DNA of 64,000 bases from an uncultured delta proteobacterium (GTDB taxonomy: Bacteria > Desulfobacterota > Desulfobacteria > Desulfobacterales > UBA11574): positions 337,277-401,276 of the forward strand of contig CAVPLW010000006.1 of assembly GCA_963706295.1 (NCBI GenBank). The letters run 5' to 3'. The notes beneath the pieces are model-generated. The model was not told where the DNA came from, searched no databases, and saw only the letters and a program-made list of their open reading frames with translations. How positions within the stretch are numbered: position 1 is the stretch's first letter; every line of letters begins with the position of its first letter. The translations under genes and the position numbers were made by a program. This document shows positions 18,793 to 27,415 of the stretch, one piece after another.

Positions 18793-19539
18793 GTGCGTGT
18801 TGCCGTTCTTTCAGATATCCACGCAAATATAGAGGCTTTTCAAGCAGTTGTTAATGATATTGAGAACCAGGCCGACCGAATTCTGAATCTTGGAGACCTT
18901 GTTGGGTATAATGCAAGCCCCAATGAGTGTGTCAAACTGGCCAGAGATATCGGAATACATTCTATTTTGGGCAATCATGATCTGGCAGCATGCAATCTTG
19001 CTTTTGCTGAGAATTTCAATATTTTTGCCCGAAATGCCATCCTTTGGACACGAAAAAACCTTACCCATGAAAATATCCAATTTTTAAACGATTTGGAGAA
19101 AAACCATCGCTTATCCGGCGGCCTTGCATGCCATGGATCCCCTGATGATACGAGCAGCTACATCGCCCTTCCCTTCCAGGCCAGAGCCACGTTAAAAAGG
19201 ATGAAAAAGGGGATCTTTGGACAGATAAATGTGTGCCTGTTCGGGCATACCCATAAAAGGAAGGTCTGGCGAATGGATGTTCGAGGGAAAGTGGCGCCGG
19301 TCGAAATTCCTTTGAATGGAATGATCAGGTTAAATGGGGATGAACTTTACCTTTTAAATCCTGGAAGCGTCGGCCAGCCGCGAAACGGAGACCCCAGGTC
19401 TTCATATTTCATATTTGACACCGAAACCAATACAGTAAGCTTTAAACTGGTAAAATATAATGTGGCATCAACGATTAAAAAAATAACTGAAGCAAACTTG
19501 CCTGAATTTTTAGCAAAAAGACTTTTGACTGGAACTTAG
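18793..19539 (+). CDS. Calcineurin-like metallophosphoesterase (YfcE/MJ0936-like), paralogue 1
   Basis: The motifs AVLSDIHAN, LGDLVGYN, GNHD, GHTH and PGSVGQPR are present. The GTG at 18793 is 9 nt after AGAGG, and the ORF is open from 18784. A paralogue lies at 55592..56317. Confidence 0.8.
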   Translation: MRVAVLSDIHANIEAFQAVVNDIENQADRILNLGDLVGYNASPNECVKLARDIGIHSILGNHDLAACNLAFAENFNIFARNAILWTRKNLTHENIQFLNDLEKNHRLSGGLACHGSPDDTSSYIALPFQARATLKRMKKGIFGQINVCLFGHTHKRKVWRMDVRGKVAPVEIPLNGMIRLNGDELYLLNPGSVGQPRNGDPRSSYFIFDTETNTVSFKLVKYNVASTIKKITEANLPEFLAKRLLTGT

Positions 19540-19620
19540 ACGGGTGGCCTAATTATACGTTTCGGAATTTCTATGACCTGTTGTAATCACAAGTCTATTA
19601 TAGCATTTTGTTCATGCAAC

Positions 19621-19740
19621 TGGTTTGGAAGCTTGGAATGTTGGAATATTGGGATTAAGAACGGAATCAACCTATTTATACTGTCAAAAAATCCTTCAAA
19701 CCCATCATTCCAATACTCCTTTATTCCATCATTCCAATTG
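19621..19740. repeat. Word-hairpin element (TTGGAATG words)
   Basis: tggtttggaagcttggaatgttggaatattgggattaagaacggaat pairs with atccttcaaacccatcattccaatactcctttattccatcattccaattg as an imperfect reverse complement around an AT-rich centre. Confidence 0.7.
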
Positions 19741-19778
19741 TGAGCGAAGCGAACTAACTTGCATTAAAAGGTAATAAA

Positions 19779-20336
19779 ATGAAAAAATTAAAAAAAAATG
19801 GAAAGCTAAAAGACGGCACTGTTGTTCTATTAAGGCCCATGGTCAAGGCCGACCGAAAAGGATTGGGAGAATTTTTTAACCGGCTTACCCCTTCGGTGCT
19901 CCAGTATGTGCGCAACGATGTCACCGACCCAAAAGTTCTCGACAAATGGTTCGATCAACTGAATTACGATCGTGTGTTTCCGCTTCTGGCCTTTAAAAAC
20001 GACAAGGTGGTGGCCAATGCAAGCCTTCACCGTGTGTCCCATGGCTGGAGGAAACATCTGGCCACCATCAGGATCGTCGTGGATACGGAATTCCATGGAA
20101 AAGGGCTGGGTACCCTGATGATCAACGAACTTGTCGATCTGGCCCAGGAATTTGGAATCGAGAAGCTCATGGTTGAGTTTCCCCTAAGGGCTCATGAAGC
20201 CCTGGCAATGTTCAAAAAGGCCGGGTTCAGTCCCAGGGGGGTGATCGAGGGGCTCATGAAAGACCGTCATGGTAAAGACTTGGACATAGTAATAATGGTG
20301 ATGGATGTGGCAGCATATGCCGATAAGTCAAGATAA
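19779..20336 (+). CDS. GNAT-family N-acetyltransferase
   Basis: The acetyl-CoA motif VVDTEFHGKGLGTLMINELVDLAQEFG (Q/RxxGxG/A type) is present in a 185-aa protein. Confidence 0.8.
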   Translation: MKKLKKNGKLKDGTVVLLRPMVKADRKGLGEFFNRLTPSVLQYVRNDVTDPKVLDKWFDQLNYDRVFPLLAFKNDKVVANASLHRVSHGWRKHLATIRIVVDTEFHGKGLGTLMINELVDLAQEFGIEKLMVEFPLRAHEALAMFKKAGFSPRGVIEGLMKDRHGKDLDIVIMVMDVAAYADKSR

Positions 20337-20355
20337 TTCCTAATGCAATGTTCGC

Positions 20356-21666
20356 TTAATAGAGCGGTAATATCTTTTTCCCGTAATCGGGAATGGAGGC
20401 GAGTAAATCTTCCCTGAGTGCTTTTGCATTCGGGTATCGATTTTCAGGATTTTTCTCCAGGCATTTCATTATGATGCGCTCTATTTCCTGATCTAAAGCT
20501 TCATTGAATTTGCTCGGTGGAGATGGAGGAGTCCTAAGGATAATGTCCATGAGTACCTTCTCCACTTCATGATAAAAAGGGAACATCCCCGTATAAAGCA
20601 CGTACATAACAACCCCGATGGCCCAGACGTCCGAGCGTCTCTGGCTTTTTCCCATAATTTGCTCTGGCGCCATGTAAGGCCTGGAGCCTGTTACAGTGGC
20701 GGACACCTCTTTTTCCCAGAGTTCTTTGGCTGCGCCGTAGTCCAGGAGTTTTATGGTTCCGTTTGGTCTTACCATCACATTCTCTGGCTTTATGTCTCGG
20801 TGGACGACCCCTAGATCGTGGGCATGAGCCACCACATCTGTGAGTTGAATCACGACGGACTCTACCTCTTTATCCTCGAGATCCCGCTCAATCACATCGT
20901 AAAGTGTTTTACCAACTATAAACTCCTGAATCAGCGTTTTTTTGTCCATTACTTCTATCATCTCGAAAACCTTGGGAACACCTTCATGACCGGTCAGACG
21001 CCTTAATATCCGGGCCTCCTTTTCGAACTTGGCATTTAAATTTTTATGCAGGGGAATCTTGGCAACAAAAATTTCTGGTGGATCCTTTGTCACGTCTTTT
21101 ACCTTCCATACCTCGCCAAAGCTCCCAATCCCCAACCTGTCCAGTTTCTCATACCGTTGTTTCATAAGCTCTTTTTCAGTTGACCTAGGATATAAACTTC
21201 GAAAAATCCTTTTCCAGAACCCAGGATAGCCGCCCTTTTCAATAGGGGCGCATACTCCTATTCTTAGCCTTGCATAATCGCCGCCATTTGCCATACGGGC
21301 GTGCACGTCGATCCTCTTTATAAGTTCTTTGGAATCAATGGGACAGGCGAGAAAGTCCGCCGCACCGGCTTTCAACGCCGATGCTGCCAGCTCCTCGGAA
21401 AAGCTTTCCAGAATCACAATCATCGGCTTTCCCAATTTAAGATCTTTGATGAACTGCTCAAGGGAAATGTCGGATTGTCTCAAGGACAAAAGGGCAACAT
21501 CTATTTTTTTCTTCTCTGCAAGCGTTCGCCGGGCTTCTTTCAAATCCATGGCTGTATAGACTCGATAACCGTAATTGTTAAGAAGCTTTTTTAGTCTGGC
21601 ACCTCTAATCTGGTCGCTGTCAATAACTAAAACAACTCTTTTTTTCCCATACGGGGTCTGATCCAT
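20356..21666 (-). CDS. Receiver-like domain fused to a Hanks-type Ser/Thr protein kinase
   Basis: The N-terminus has a CheY-like fold (VVLVIDSD...IDVALLSL...MIVILES...FLACP). The C-terminal kinase carries GIGSFGEVWKV, FVAKI, HRDIKPENVMV, DYG and PYMAPE. Confidence 0.85.
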   Translation of the reverse strand: MDQTPYGKKRVVLVIDSDQIRGARLKKLLNNYGYRVYTAMDLKEARRTLAEKKKIDVALLSLRQSDISLEQFIKDLKLGKPMIVILESFSEELAASALKAGAADFLACPIDSKELIKRIDVHARMANGGDYARLRIGVCAPIEKGGYPGFWKRIFRSLYPRSTEKELMKQRYEKLDRLGIGSFGEVWKVKDVTKDPPEIFVAKIPLHKNLNAKFEKEARILRRLTGHEGVPKVFEMIEVMDKKTLIQEFIVGKTLYDVIERDLEDKEVESVVIQLTDVVAHAHDLGVVHRDIKPENVMVRPNGTIKLLDYGAAKELWEKEVSATVTGSRPYMAPEQIMGKSQRRSDVWAIGVVMYVLYTGMFPFYHEVEKVLMDIILRTPPSPPSKFNEALDQEIERIIMKCLEKNPENRYPNAKALREDLLASIPDYGKKILPLY

Positions 21667-21807
21667 ATTTTATCATCTCCAGAAAATTGGCCAGTCAGAT
21701 TTTAGTTTGACACACAAACTCTATTTCTCTATACTCCATTTCCACGAAATAGCCGTGTTGTGTTTTTACCTTTGCATCAGCTCAATATAGAAATAGGAGG
21801 ATTTGCC

Positions 21808-22419
21808 TTGCCCTTAATGATATTCAATTCAGAAGAAATTCTCTATTACAGTGTAACCATACTCGTCATCGTTGCTTTCAGCTCCGGTTTTACGCGACTT
21901 TTCGCTTTAAGTTTCGCAAATGTAAAGCCTGCCGGGGAAGAGGCCGATTTCGATTTCAATCCCTTCGGCAACCTGGATATTGTGGGGACCATCGTCTTTT
22001 TTCTGGGAGGTTTCGGCTGGGGCAAACAAGTGGACGATCAAAAGATCGGCTTCAAGCATCAGAAGCTGGGATGGCTCCTTGTTTCGCTGGTTGCCCCCTT
22101 TGCCAGTCTGACCCTGGCGGTCAGTGCGGCTTACATGAAGCAATACTTCTGGACCGACCGCGTCGTCGAGGTCGTACTCCATCTGTGCGCGGCTGTGACC
22201 GCTTACCATATACTCCCCATTCCTCCCCTGGCAGGTTCTAGACTGATCTACCTGGCGTTGCCCGGTCAGAATCAGCGTGTCTGGAGAATGTACTCAAGGA
22301 TCGGACCCTATATTCTCCTGGCTTTCGTAATCGCTGAACGTTTTTCGGGGGTGCCGTTATTAAAAGAGACGGTTGCACCGGTTTTGGACGTTGTGACCAG
22401 GTTTGCCGAATACCATTAA
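21808..22419 (+). CDS. Site-2-protease (M50) family homologue lacking the metal-binding motifs
   Basis: NPFGNLDIVGTIVFFLGGFGWGKQV and LPIPPLAGSRL align with the M50 motifs NPxxHxDxxGT...FGWAKPV and PxPPLDG. The HExxH position reads SSGFT. The TTG at 21808 lies 7 nt after AGGAGG, and the ORF is open from 21760. Confidence 0.6.
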   Translation: MPLMIFNSEEILYYSVTILVIVAFSSGFTRLFALSFANVKPAGEEADFDFNPFGNLDIVGTIVFFLGGFGWGKQVDDQKIGFKHQKLGWLLVSLVAPFASLTLAVSAAYMKQYFWTDRVVEVVLHLCAAVTAYHILPIPPLAGSRLIYLALPGQNQRVWRMYSRIGPYILLAFVIAERFSGVPLLKETVAPVLDVVTRFAEYH

Positions 22420-22437
22420 CCCGAATTTATCACAAAG

Positions 22438-22472
22438 AAAGGCGGAGAGGGTTAGCCCCTCCCCGCCTTTTT
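22438..22472. terminator. Bidirectional rho-independent terminator
   Basis: aaaggcggagaggg, loop ttag, then cccctccccgccttttt. A-runs and T-runs flank both sides, and the hairpin sits between convergent genes. Confidence 0.7.
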
Positions 22473-22512
22473 AGTTTACGATTGATCTTAATCTGTCAAA
22501 ATCGACCGAGTT

Positions 22513-23796
22513 CTATGCACCTCTTTTTTGTGGTTTCTTGGTAACCATAGAAATCAGAATTGCGAGAATGAGCAGTCCGCCTGCGACATAGAATGCGGTG
22601 TCGTAAGATCCGGTTGCGTCCTTGATTTTACCTGCCAGTTTGGGCATGAAGGCGCCCAAACCCCAGCCTATGAACACGAGTCCGTAATTAAAGCCCAGAT
22701 TTTTCGGGCCATAGAAGTCAGCCGTATAGGAGGGCATCAGGGCCAGGCCGCCGCCGTAGACCCAGTAAGCGATCATACAGGCCGTGAACGTCATAAAAAG
22801 CGATTTGGCCGCAATCATCGCCGGCAGCGCGAATAGGCAGAGAGCCGCGACCGCGGCATTGATCATGTAAGCCCGGTCCCGGCCGATGATATCCGAGTAC
22901 TTGCCTGTCCCGACCCGGCCCGCGGCGTTCATAAAACCGCCTGCAGCAACCAGTATAAATCCTTGTTCCAGGAAGGGTTTTACAATTTTAGCGGCGTGAC
23001 CGATGATGAGAAGGCCCGCTTGGGTGTTCAAGCAGAACAGGGCCACCAACGCGTAAAACTGCCACGTTCCCATCATCTCTCCTGCCTTCCAGTCAACCAC
23101 AGATGCAGCAGCTTTCTTTGTCGCTGCCGTCTCAGGCGGTTGAGGTGGAACGTATCCCTCTTCAGGCCATTTCAAAATCTGGGCCGCGATAAAGATGACG
23201 ATCAGGTAAGCGACACCAAGTACTAAAAATGACGCCGAAAGCGAATAACTGGTAATAATCCACTGGATGAGCGGGGACACGTAAAAGGCCGCGCCGCCGT
23301 AACCCGCGACCGTAATACCAATCATGACACCCACCTGATGGGGACCGACCCATCTTCGTGTTGCGGGAACGGGAGCGGCATAACCAATGCCCATGGCGAT
23401 ACCGCCGCCGACGCCGAATCCCCAGAGGATTCCGGCGTAGGAGTGAGCCGTACCGGCGATAATCATACCCAGTCCCATGAAGACGGCAGAGATGGAGCCG
23501 GCCACGGAAGGACCGTATTTATCCTGGATCTTCCCGCCGGGAATCATGAGCAGGGCAAAGACTAAAATACACAATGACGCCGGGTTGGAGGCCTGTTCCG
23601 CAGTAAGGGCGGCGGTCCAGCCGTGGGCCTTCATGTAAACGTCGTCTGTGAGATACTTGAGCCATACGGACCACGCATACAAACAGCCCAGACATAAGTT
23701 GATGGTCGTACCAGCGAGGATAACAGCCCATCCACGTCCGGGTATTGCATCTACCGGTTTATTGTAACCCTCGGCATACTTTCCTAAAAATGCCAT
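22513..23796 (-). CDS. MFS transporter, oxalate/formate-antiporter-like
   Basis: 427 aa with about 12 TM segments. It is Gly/Ala-rich in the MFS manner, and the N-terminus WAVILAGTTINLCLGCLYAWSVW is typical of the OFA subfamily. Confidence 0.75.
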   Translation of the reverse strand: MAFLGKYAEGYNKPVDAIPGRGWAVILAGTTINLCLGCLYAWSVWLKYLTDDVYMKAHGWTAALTAEQASNPASLCILVFALLMIPGGKIQDKYGPSVAGSISAVFMGLGMIIAGTAHSYAGILWGFGVGGGIAMGIGYAAPVPATRRWVGPHQVGVMIGITVAGYGGAAFYVSPLIQWIITSYSLSASFLVLGVAYLIVIFIAAQILKWPEEGYVPPQPPETAATKKAAASVVDWKAGEMMGTWQFYALVALFCLNTQAGLLIIGHAAKIVKPFLEQGFILVAAGGFMNAAGRVGTGKYSDIIGRDRAYMINAAVAALCLFALPAMIAAKSLFMTFTACMIAYWVYGGGLALMPSYTADFYGPKNLGFNYGLVFIGWGLGAFMPKLAGKIKDATGSYDTAFYVAGGLLILAILISMVTKKPQKRGA

Positions 23797-24191
23797 TAGT
23801 ACACCTCCTTAAAGTTTGAAACATTCAGTTAATTACCGGAGTCTTTAAGGTACGTTTTAGCTGATATTCTATGACACTTCTTTGACCTGTTACGAATTCA
23901 GCTAACTCGTCCAGTTAAGGTGTCATTTTGAATAACCAACAGCTATTTAGCCACATGGCATAAAGCATCCTTACGATTTCCGGTTTAAAAAAAACATAGC
24001 CACTGGAAGAGAGGGTTGTTTTGCTGATCGTGCGTCAAAAAAACACACCAGCTTCTTCTCTTCTCATAGCCAAACTGTGATATCACCCCCTTTCCGGTTA
24101 ATTGTTAAAATAAGCCGCTTTTTCTTTTGTTTTGGCCATTATGAACCAAACCATTTAATACCTGAATCGATCTGCTTAGAACCGGTGAATT

Positions 24192-24854
24192 TCAGTTTGC
24201 TGATTCAGGGCGTGTTTCTATACCTCGGTTAAATATTTCAAATGCAATTTCAAGGGTCGGTTTTAAGAAATCTTTTTTACTGTCAATCAATCTTTTACTT
24301 TCCTCCCAAAGAACAACACCTGAAAATAACGCCCACACAATGTCGGCCAATGCCACCGGATGCCTGTCGATAAACTCTCCTTTTTCTATTCCTTCTTCAA
24401 AAACTCTTGCCATGGACTTAAATGAATGTCTGGATAAATCCTTAATGTCCGTAAGCAGATGAGGTGATAAATTCTTCAGCGTTTCGCTGGATTGCAGATG
24501 GAACATGTTGATCAGCACAAGCGGATCAAACTCGTAGACTTCATATAGGGCTTCCTTGAGTGCTTTTAATTTTTCTTTTGGCTCTTTATACTTTTCGTTA
24601 TGTACATGTTCCAGCCGGATGCTCATATATTGCAAAATTCTGAGCGATAGAGAGGCAAACAACTCTTCTTTATTTTTGAAATAGAGATAAATCGTACCTG
24701 GGCTTAGTTCTGCTTCCTTGGCAATATCTTCCATGGTTGCCTTGTTGAAGCTCTTTTTTGAAAAAACTCTTTTTGCGGCAACCATTATTTGCTGCCGTCT
24801 TCTTCCTCTTTCCCGTTCTTTCCTTTCCTTTATACCCATATTTCCCTGAACCAT
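24192..24854 (-). CDS. TetR/AcrR-family transcriptional regulator
   Basis: The HTH region reads FNKATMEDIAKEAELSPGTIYLYFKNKEELF. Confidence 0.88.
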   Translation of the reverse strand: MVQGNMGIKERKERERGRRRQQIMVAAKRVFSKKSFNKATMEDIAKEAELSPGTIYLYFKNKEELFASLSLRILQYMSIRLEHVHNEKYKEPKEKLKALKEALYEVYEFDPLVLINMFHLQSSETLKNLSPHLLTDIKDLSRHSFKSMARVFEEGIEKGEFIDRHPVALADIVWALFSGVVLWEESKRLIDSKKDFLKPTLEIAFEIFNRGIETRPESAN

Positions 24855-24872
24855 ATTTATTTAATTAAGCTT

Positions 24873-24901
24873 TATATAAATGGTGCTTTTTGTTTAGTCA
24901 A
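24873..24901 (-). promoter_or_regulatory. Sigma70-type promoter candidate for the TetR gene
   Basis: On the minus strand, TTGACT (24896-24901) and TATATA (24873-24878) are separated by exactly 17 nt. The -10 lies about 20 nt upstream of the ATG. Confidence 0.4.
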
Positions 24902-24939
24902 GAAAATATATTCATTTTTATTGCGATTGAGAAGAATTT

Positions 24940-24954
24940 CCAATGATTCATTGG
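24940..24954. promoter_or_regulatory. Perfect 7-1-7 palindrome CCAATGA-T-TCATTGG
   Basis: Read directly from the sequence. It lies about 40 nt upstream of the putative -35 of the TetR gene. Confidence 0.3.
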
Positions 24955-25107
24955 ACTTATTGACATAACCCATTGATATTTAATTTAAACTCAGATTATT
25001 TTCAACTCATCATGAATCAATGACCTATTTTTTAATAAAAAGAACTCGATCTATATTTGCAATATAAGGTATTTTTATTTCAATAATGATCTATATATGG
25101 TGTTCGA

Positions 25108-26061
25108 TCAATCCACAATTTTTTTAAGGTATGGGTTTTCCATGAGAGCGTAAAAAGCAGTTTTAAAGCCTTTGAGTTGAGTCATGTTGTTAAAACTTAA
25201 TTGCAATGTATAGGTTGGACTTTCAAAATTGGTTGGCGGAACCAGTTTAAAACCCTTTTCGAGGTTCAATTTTTGACGATATTGTTCATAAGATTTTTCG
25301 ATGATAGCTATGGTTGGAAAGCGCCGTTGTTTTAAATATATCCTTATATTGTGAGCCTTTTGATTTTTATCAAGGTCCTCATTCATCAAGATTTTTTTCA
25401 GATGCGATTCTTCAATAACCTGTAAGATAGATTTGTCTTCACGCATGGCAATTTCTTTTACCAGCGTTACGATTTCCCTCTGCTTATTAAGACTCAATTT
25501 AAGGGTATCAAAAAGTTTTATAAAACCTTTCGCATCATCCCACGACATTCCAGCAAGCTCCAAAAGCATGGCAAGGGAAATCGTATTGGAAAGGATGGCG
25601 TTTTGAAGCGGTTCGGAAAGATGACAAATGCCTTTGAGCTTTTTGATCATTGATGGATGTTCAGATAGGCCCAATAACGACAGTTCTTCGGCCAGCTTGT
25701 TAATATCTCTGAAAAAGTCGGACAGCATTTCGATGGACCTTGACTTTTCTATTAAGTTCAAAGGTCTTTGAAAAGCGTTATCTGTGATGGCATATTTTAT
25801 ACACTTAAGCCTCATGGTATCAGGGTCGAGAATCATCGCTTCAAGTTTAGACCAATTCAGGCGTCGACAGGCTTCAATCCTACGAAAACCGCATATAATC
25901 GTATAGGTTGTTTCTTTTTTCAATAACAATGGAAGATGCAACATCCCAACATGATTTATTGAGTGCATCAAATCATCCACTTGCTTCTCGGTAGTGATAC
26001 GAAAAACATCATCACTGAAATCGATCTGGGACAGATTGACGATTTTTTCTCTAAAGCGCAT
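25108..26061 (-). CDS. ParB/Srx N-terminal-domain protein with a long helical C-terminal region
   Basis: [31 protein letters not shown]...[16 protein letters not shown] matches the ParB N-domain, including a GxRR box. The ATG at 26061 overlaps the purC end by 11 nt. Confidence 0.65.
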   Translation of the reverse strand: MRFREKIVNLSQIDFSDDVFRITTEKQVDDLMHSINHVGMLHLPLLLKKETTYTIICGFRRIEACRRLNWSKLEAMILDPDTMRLKCIKYAITDNAFQRPLNLIEKSRSIEMLSDFFRDINKLAEELSLLGLSEHPSMIKKLKGICHLSEPLQNAILSNTISLAMLLELAGMSWDDAKGFIKLFDTLKLSLNKQREIVTLVKEIAMREDKSILQVIEESHLKKILMNEDLDKNQKAHNIRIYLKQRRFPTIAIIEKSYEQYRQKLNLEKGFKLVPPTNFESPTYTLQLSFNNMTQLKGFKTAFYALMENPYLKKIVD

Positions 26062-26947
26062 GGGTTGTTGCAGTGAGTTGTTGAAATGCTTCAAGATATT
26101 TATTGCGTGTATTGTCAATTACATTTTGTGGTAGGGATGGTGCCGGTGGCTTTTTATTCCAGTTGATGGAAAGCAGGTAGTCTCGGAGATATTGCTTGTC
26201 AAAACTTTTTTGCGCCCCTCCGGGTTTATAGGAGGGTTGGGGCCAGAATCTGGAAGAATCCGGCGTCAAAACCTCATCGATGAGTATAAGCTCGTCATCC
26301 AAAAGGCCAAACTCGAATTTCGTATCCGCAATGATGATACCCTTTTTATATGCCAGGTCGGCACCTTTGTTGTAGATTTCAATACTGAGTGTTCTGACTT
26401 TTTCGGCCAACGGTTTTCCGATCTTTTCTACTGTTTTTCCAAAATCTATATTAATGTCATGAAGACCTGACTCTGCTTTGGTTGAGGGCGTAAATACAGG
26501 TTCGGAAAGCTTGTCGGACTCTTTCAGACCTTCGGGAAGTTTTATACCGCAGACACTACCGGAAACCTGGTAATCATTCCAACCGGATCCGGATATATAG
26601 CCCCTTACAATACACTCAATGGGCAGTGGTGTCGCTTTTTTTACAAACATGCTCCTTCCACGAAGAATTTCCGAATAAGGTCTGCATATCTCAGGATAAT
26701 CATCCACGTTAGCGGAAATCACATGATTGGGTAAAACCGGCTTCATTATCTCGAACCAAAAAAGGGAGATTTGAGTTAGAATTTTTCCTTTTTCAGGAAT
26801 TGGGTTGGGCATGACAACATCAAAGGCGGAAATTCGATCTGTAGCCACCATCAAAAGATGATCACCAAGATCGTATATATCTCGCACTTTACCCCTTTTT
26901 ATTAGATTTAACGATTCGAAACTTGTTTCAATTACAGCCTGTTTCAT
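26051..26947 (-). CDS. purC: Phosphoribosylaminoimidazole-succinocarboxamide (SAICAR) synthase
   Basis: [23 protein letters not shown] and [10 protein letters not shown] are present. The internal ATG (MKQAV) is the preferred start. Confidence 0.93.
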   Translation of the reverse strand: MKQAVIETSFESLNLIKRGKVRDIYDLGDHLLMVATDRISAFDVVMPNPIPEKGKILTQISLFWFEIMKPVLPNHVISANVDDYPEICRPYSEILRGRSMFVKKATPLPIECIVRGYISGSGWNDYQVSGSVCGIKLPEGLKESDKLSEPVFTPSTKAESGLHDINIDFGKTVEKIGKPLAEKVRTLSIEIYNKGADLAYKKGIIIADTKFEFGLLDDELILIDEVLTPDSSRFWPQPSYKPGGAQKSFDKQYLRDYLLSINWNKKPPAPSLPQNVIDNTRNKYLEAFQQLTATTHAL

Positions 26948-27010
26948 TAAATTAAATCCTTTATTCAGATACAGCTCTTCACCCATTCCATTCGAAAAAT
27001 ATTTAAAGAT

Positions 27011-27355
27011 TTACTGTTCCGAAAATACTTCGATATATTTTTTTAAAATTTCAATTGTCGCGTCATCAGTTTCGACGAACTCGATTCCTGCTTCAAACTT
27101 TTCATCTTTTCCGGGTGTGGAGAAAATAATACTACCCTTGATATTAATCAGTTCGTCTTCAAGGCCTATTGCCAGTTCTATAGTATATTTTGGATCTATT
27201 GAAACATGTGTTTCCAGCAGAATTCCCTCTTCGCTGACATTTAAAGTTCTTCCCATTCCCTGAGCGACAACACTCTCAGTCGCATCAATGCAACTATAGA
27301 ATATCAGATTGAGTGCGTTGATTCTTGGATGATGCCTTTTTTCGTTTATCCCCAT
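27011..27355 (-). CDS. PilZ-domain protein (single domain, c-di-GMP receptor type)
   Basis: The RxxxR motif (RHHPR) and the D/NxSxxG motif (NVSEEG) are both present at the usual spacing in a 114-aa protein. Confidence 0.8.
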   Translation of the reverse strand: MGINEKRHHPRINALNLIFYSCIDATESVVAQGMGRTLNVSEEGILLETHVSIDPKYTIELAIGLEDELINIKGSIIFSTPGKDEKFEAGIEFVETDDATIEILKKYIEVFSEQ

Positions 27356-27415
27356 GTTATTCCCCCAGTGGTTATGATTTTACGGGCAATCGATTTTCTT
27401 TTAGTTGAAATATCA

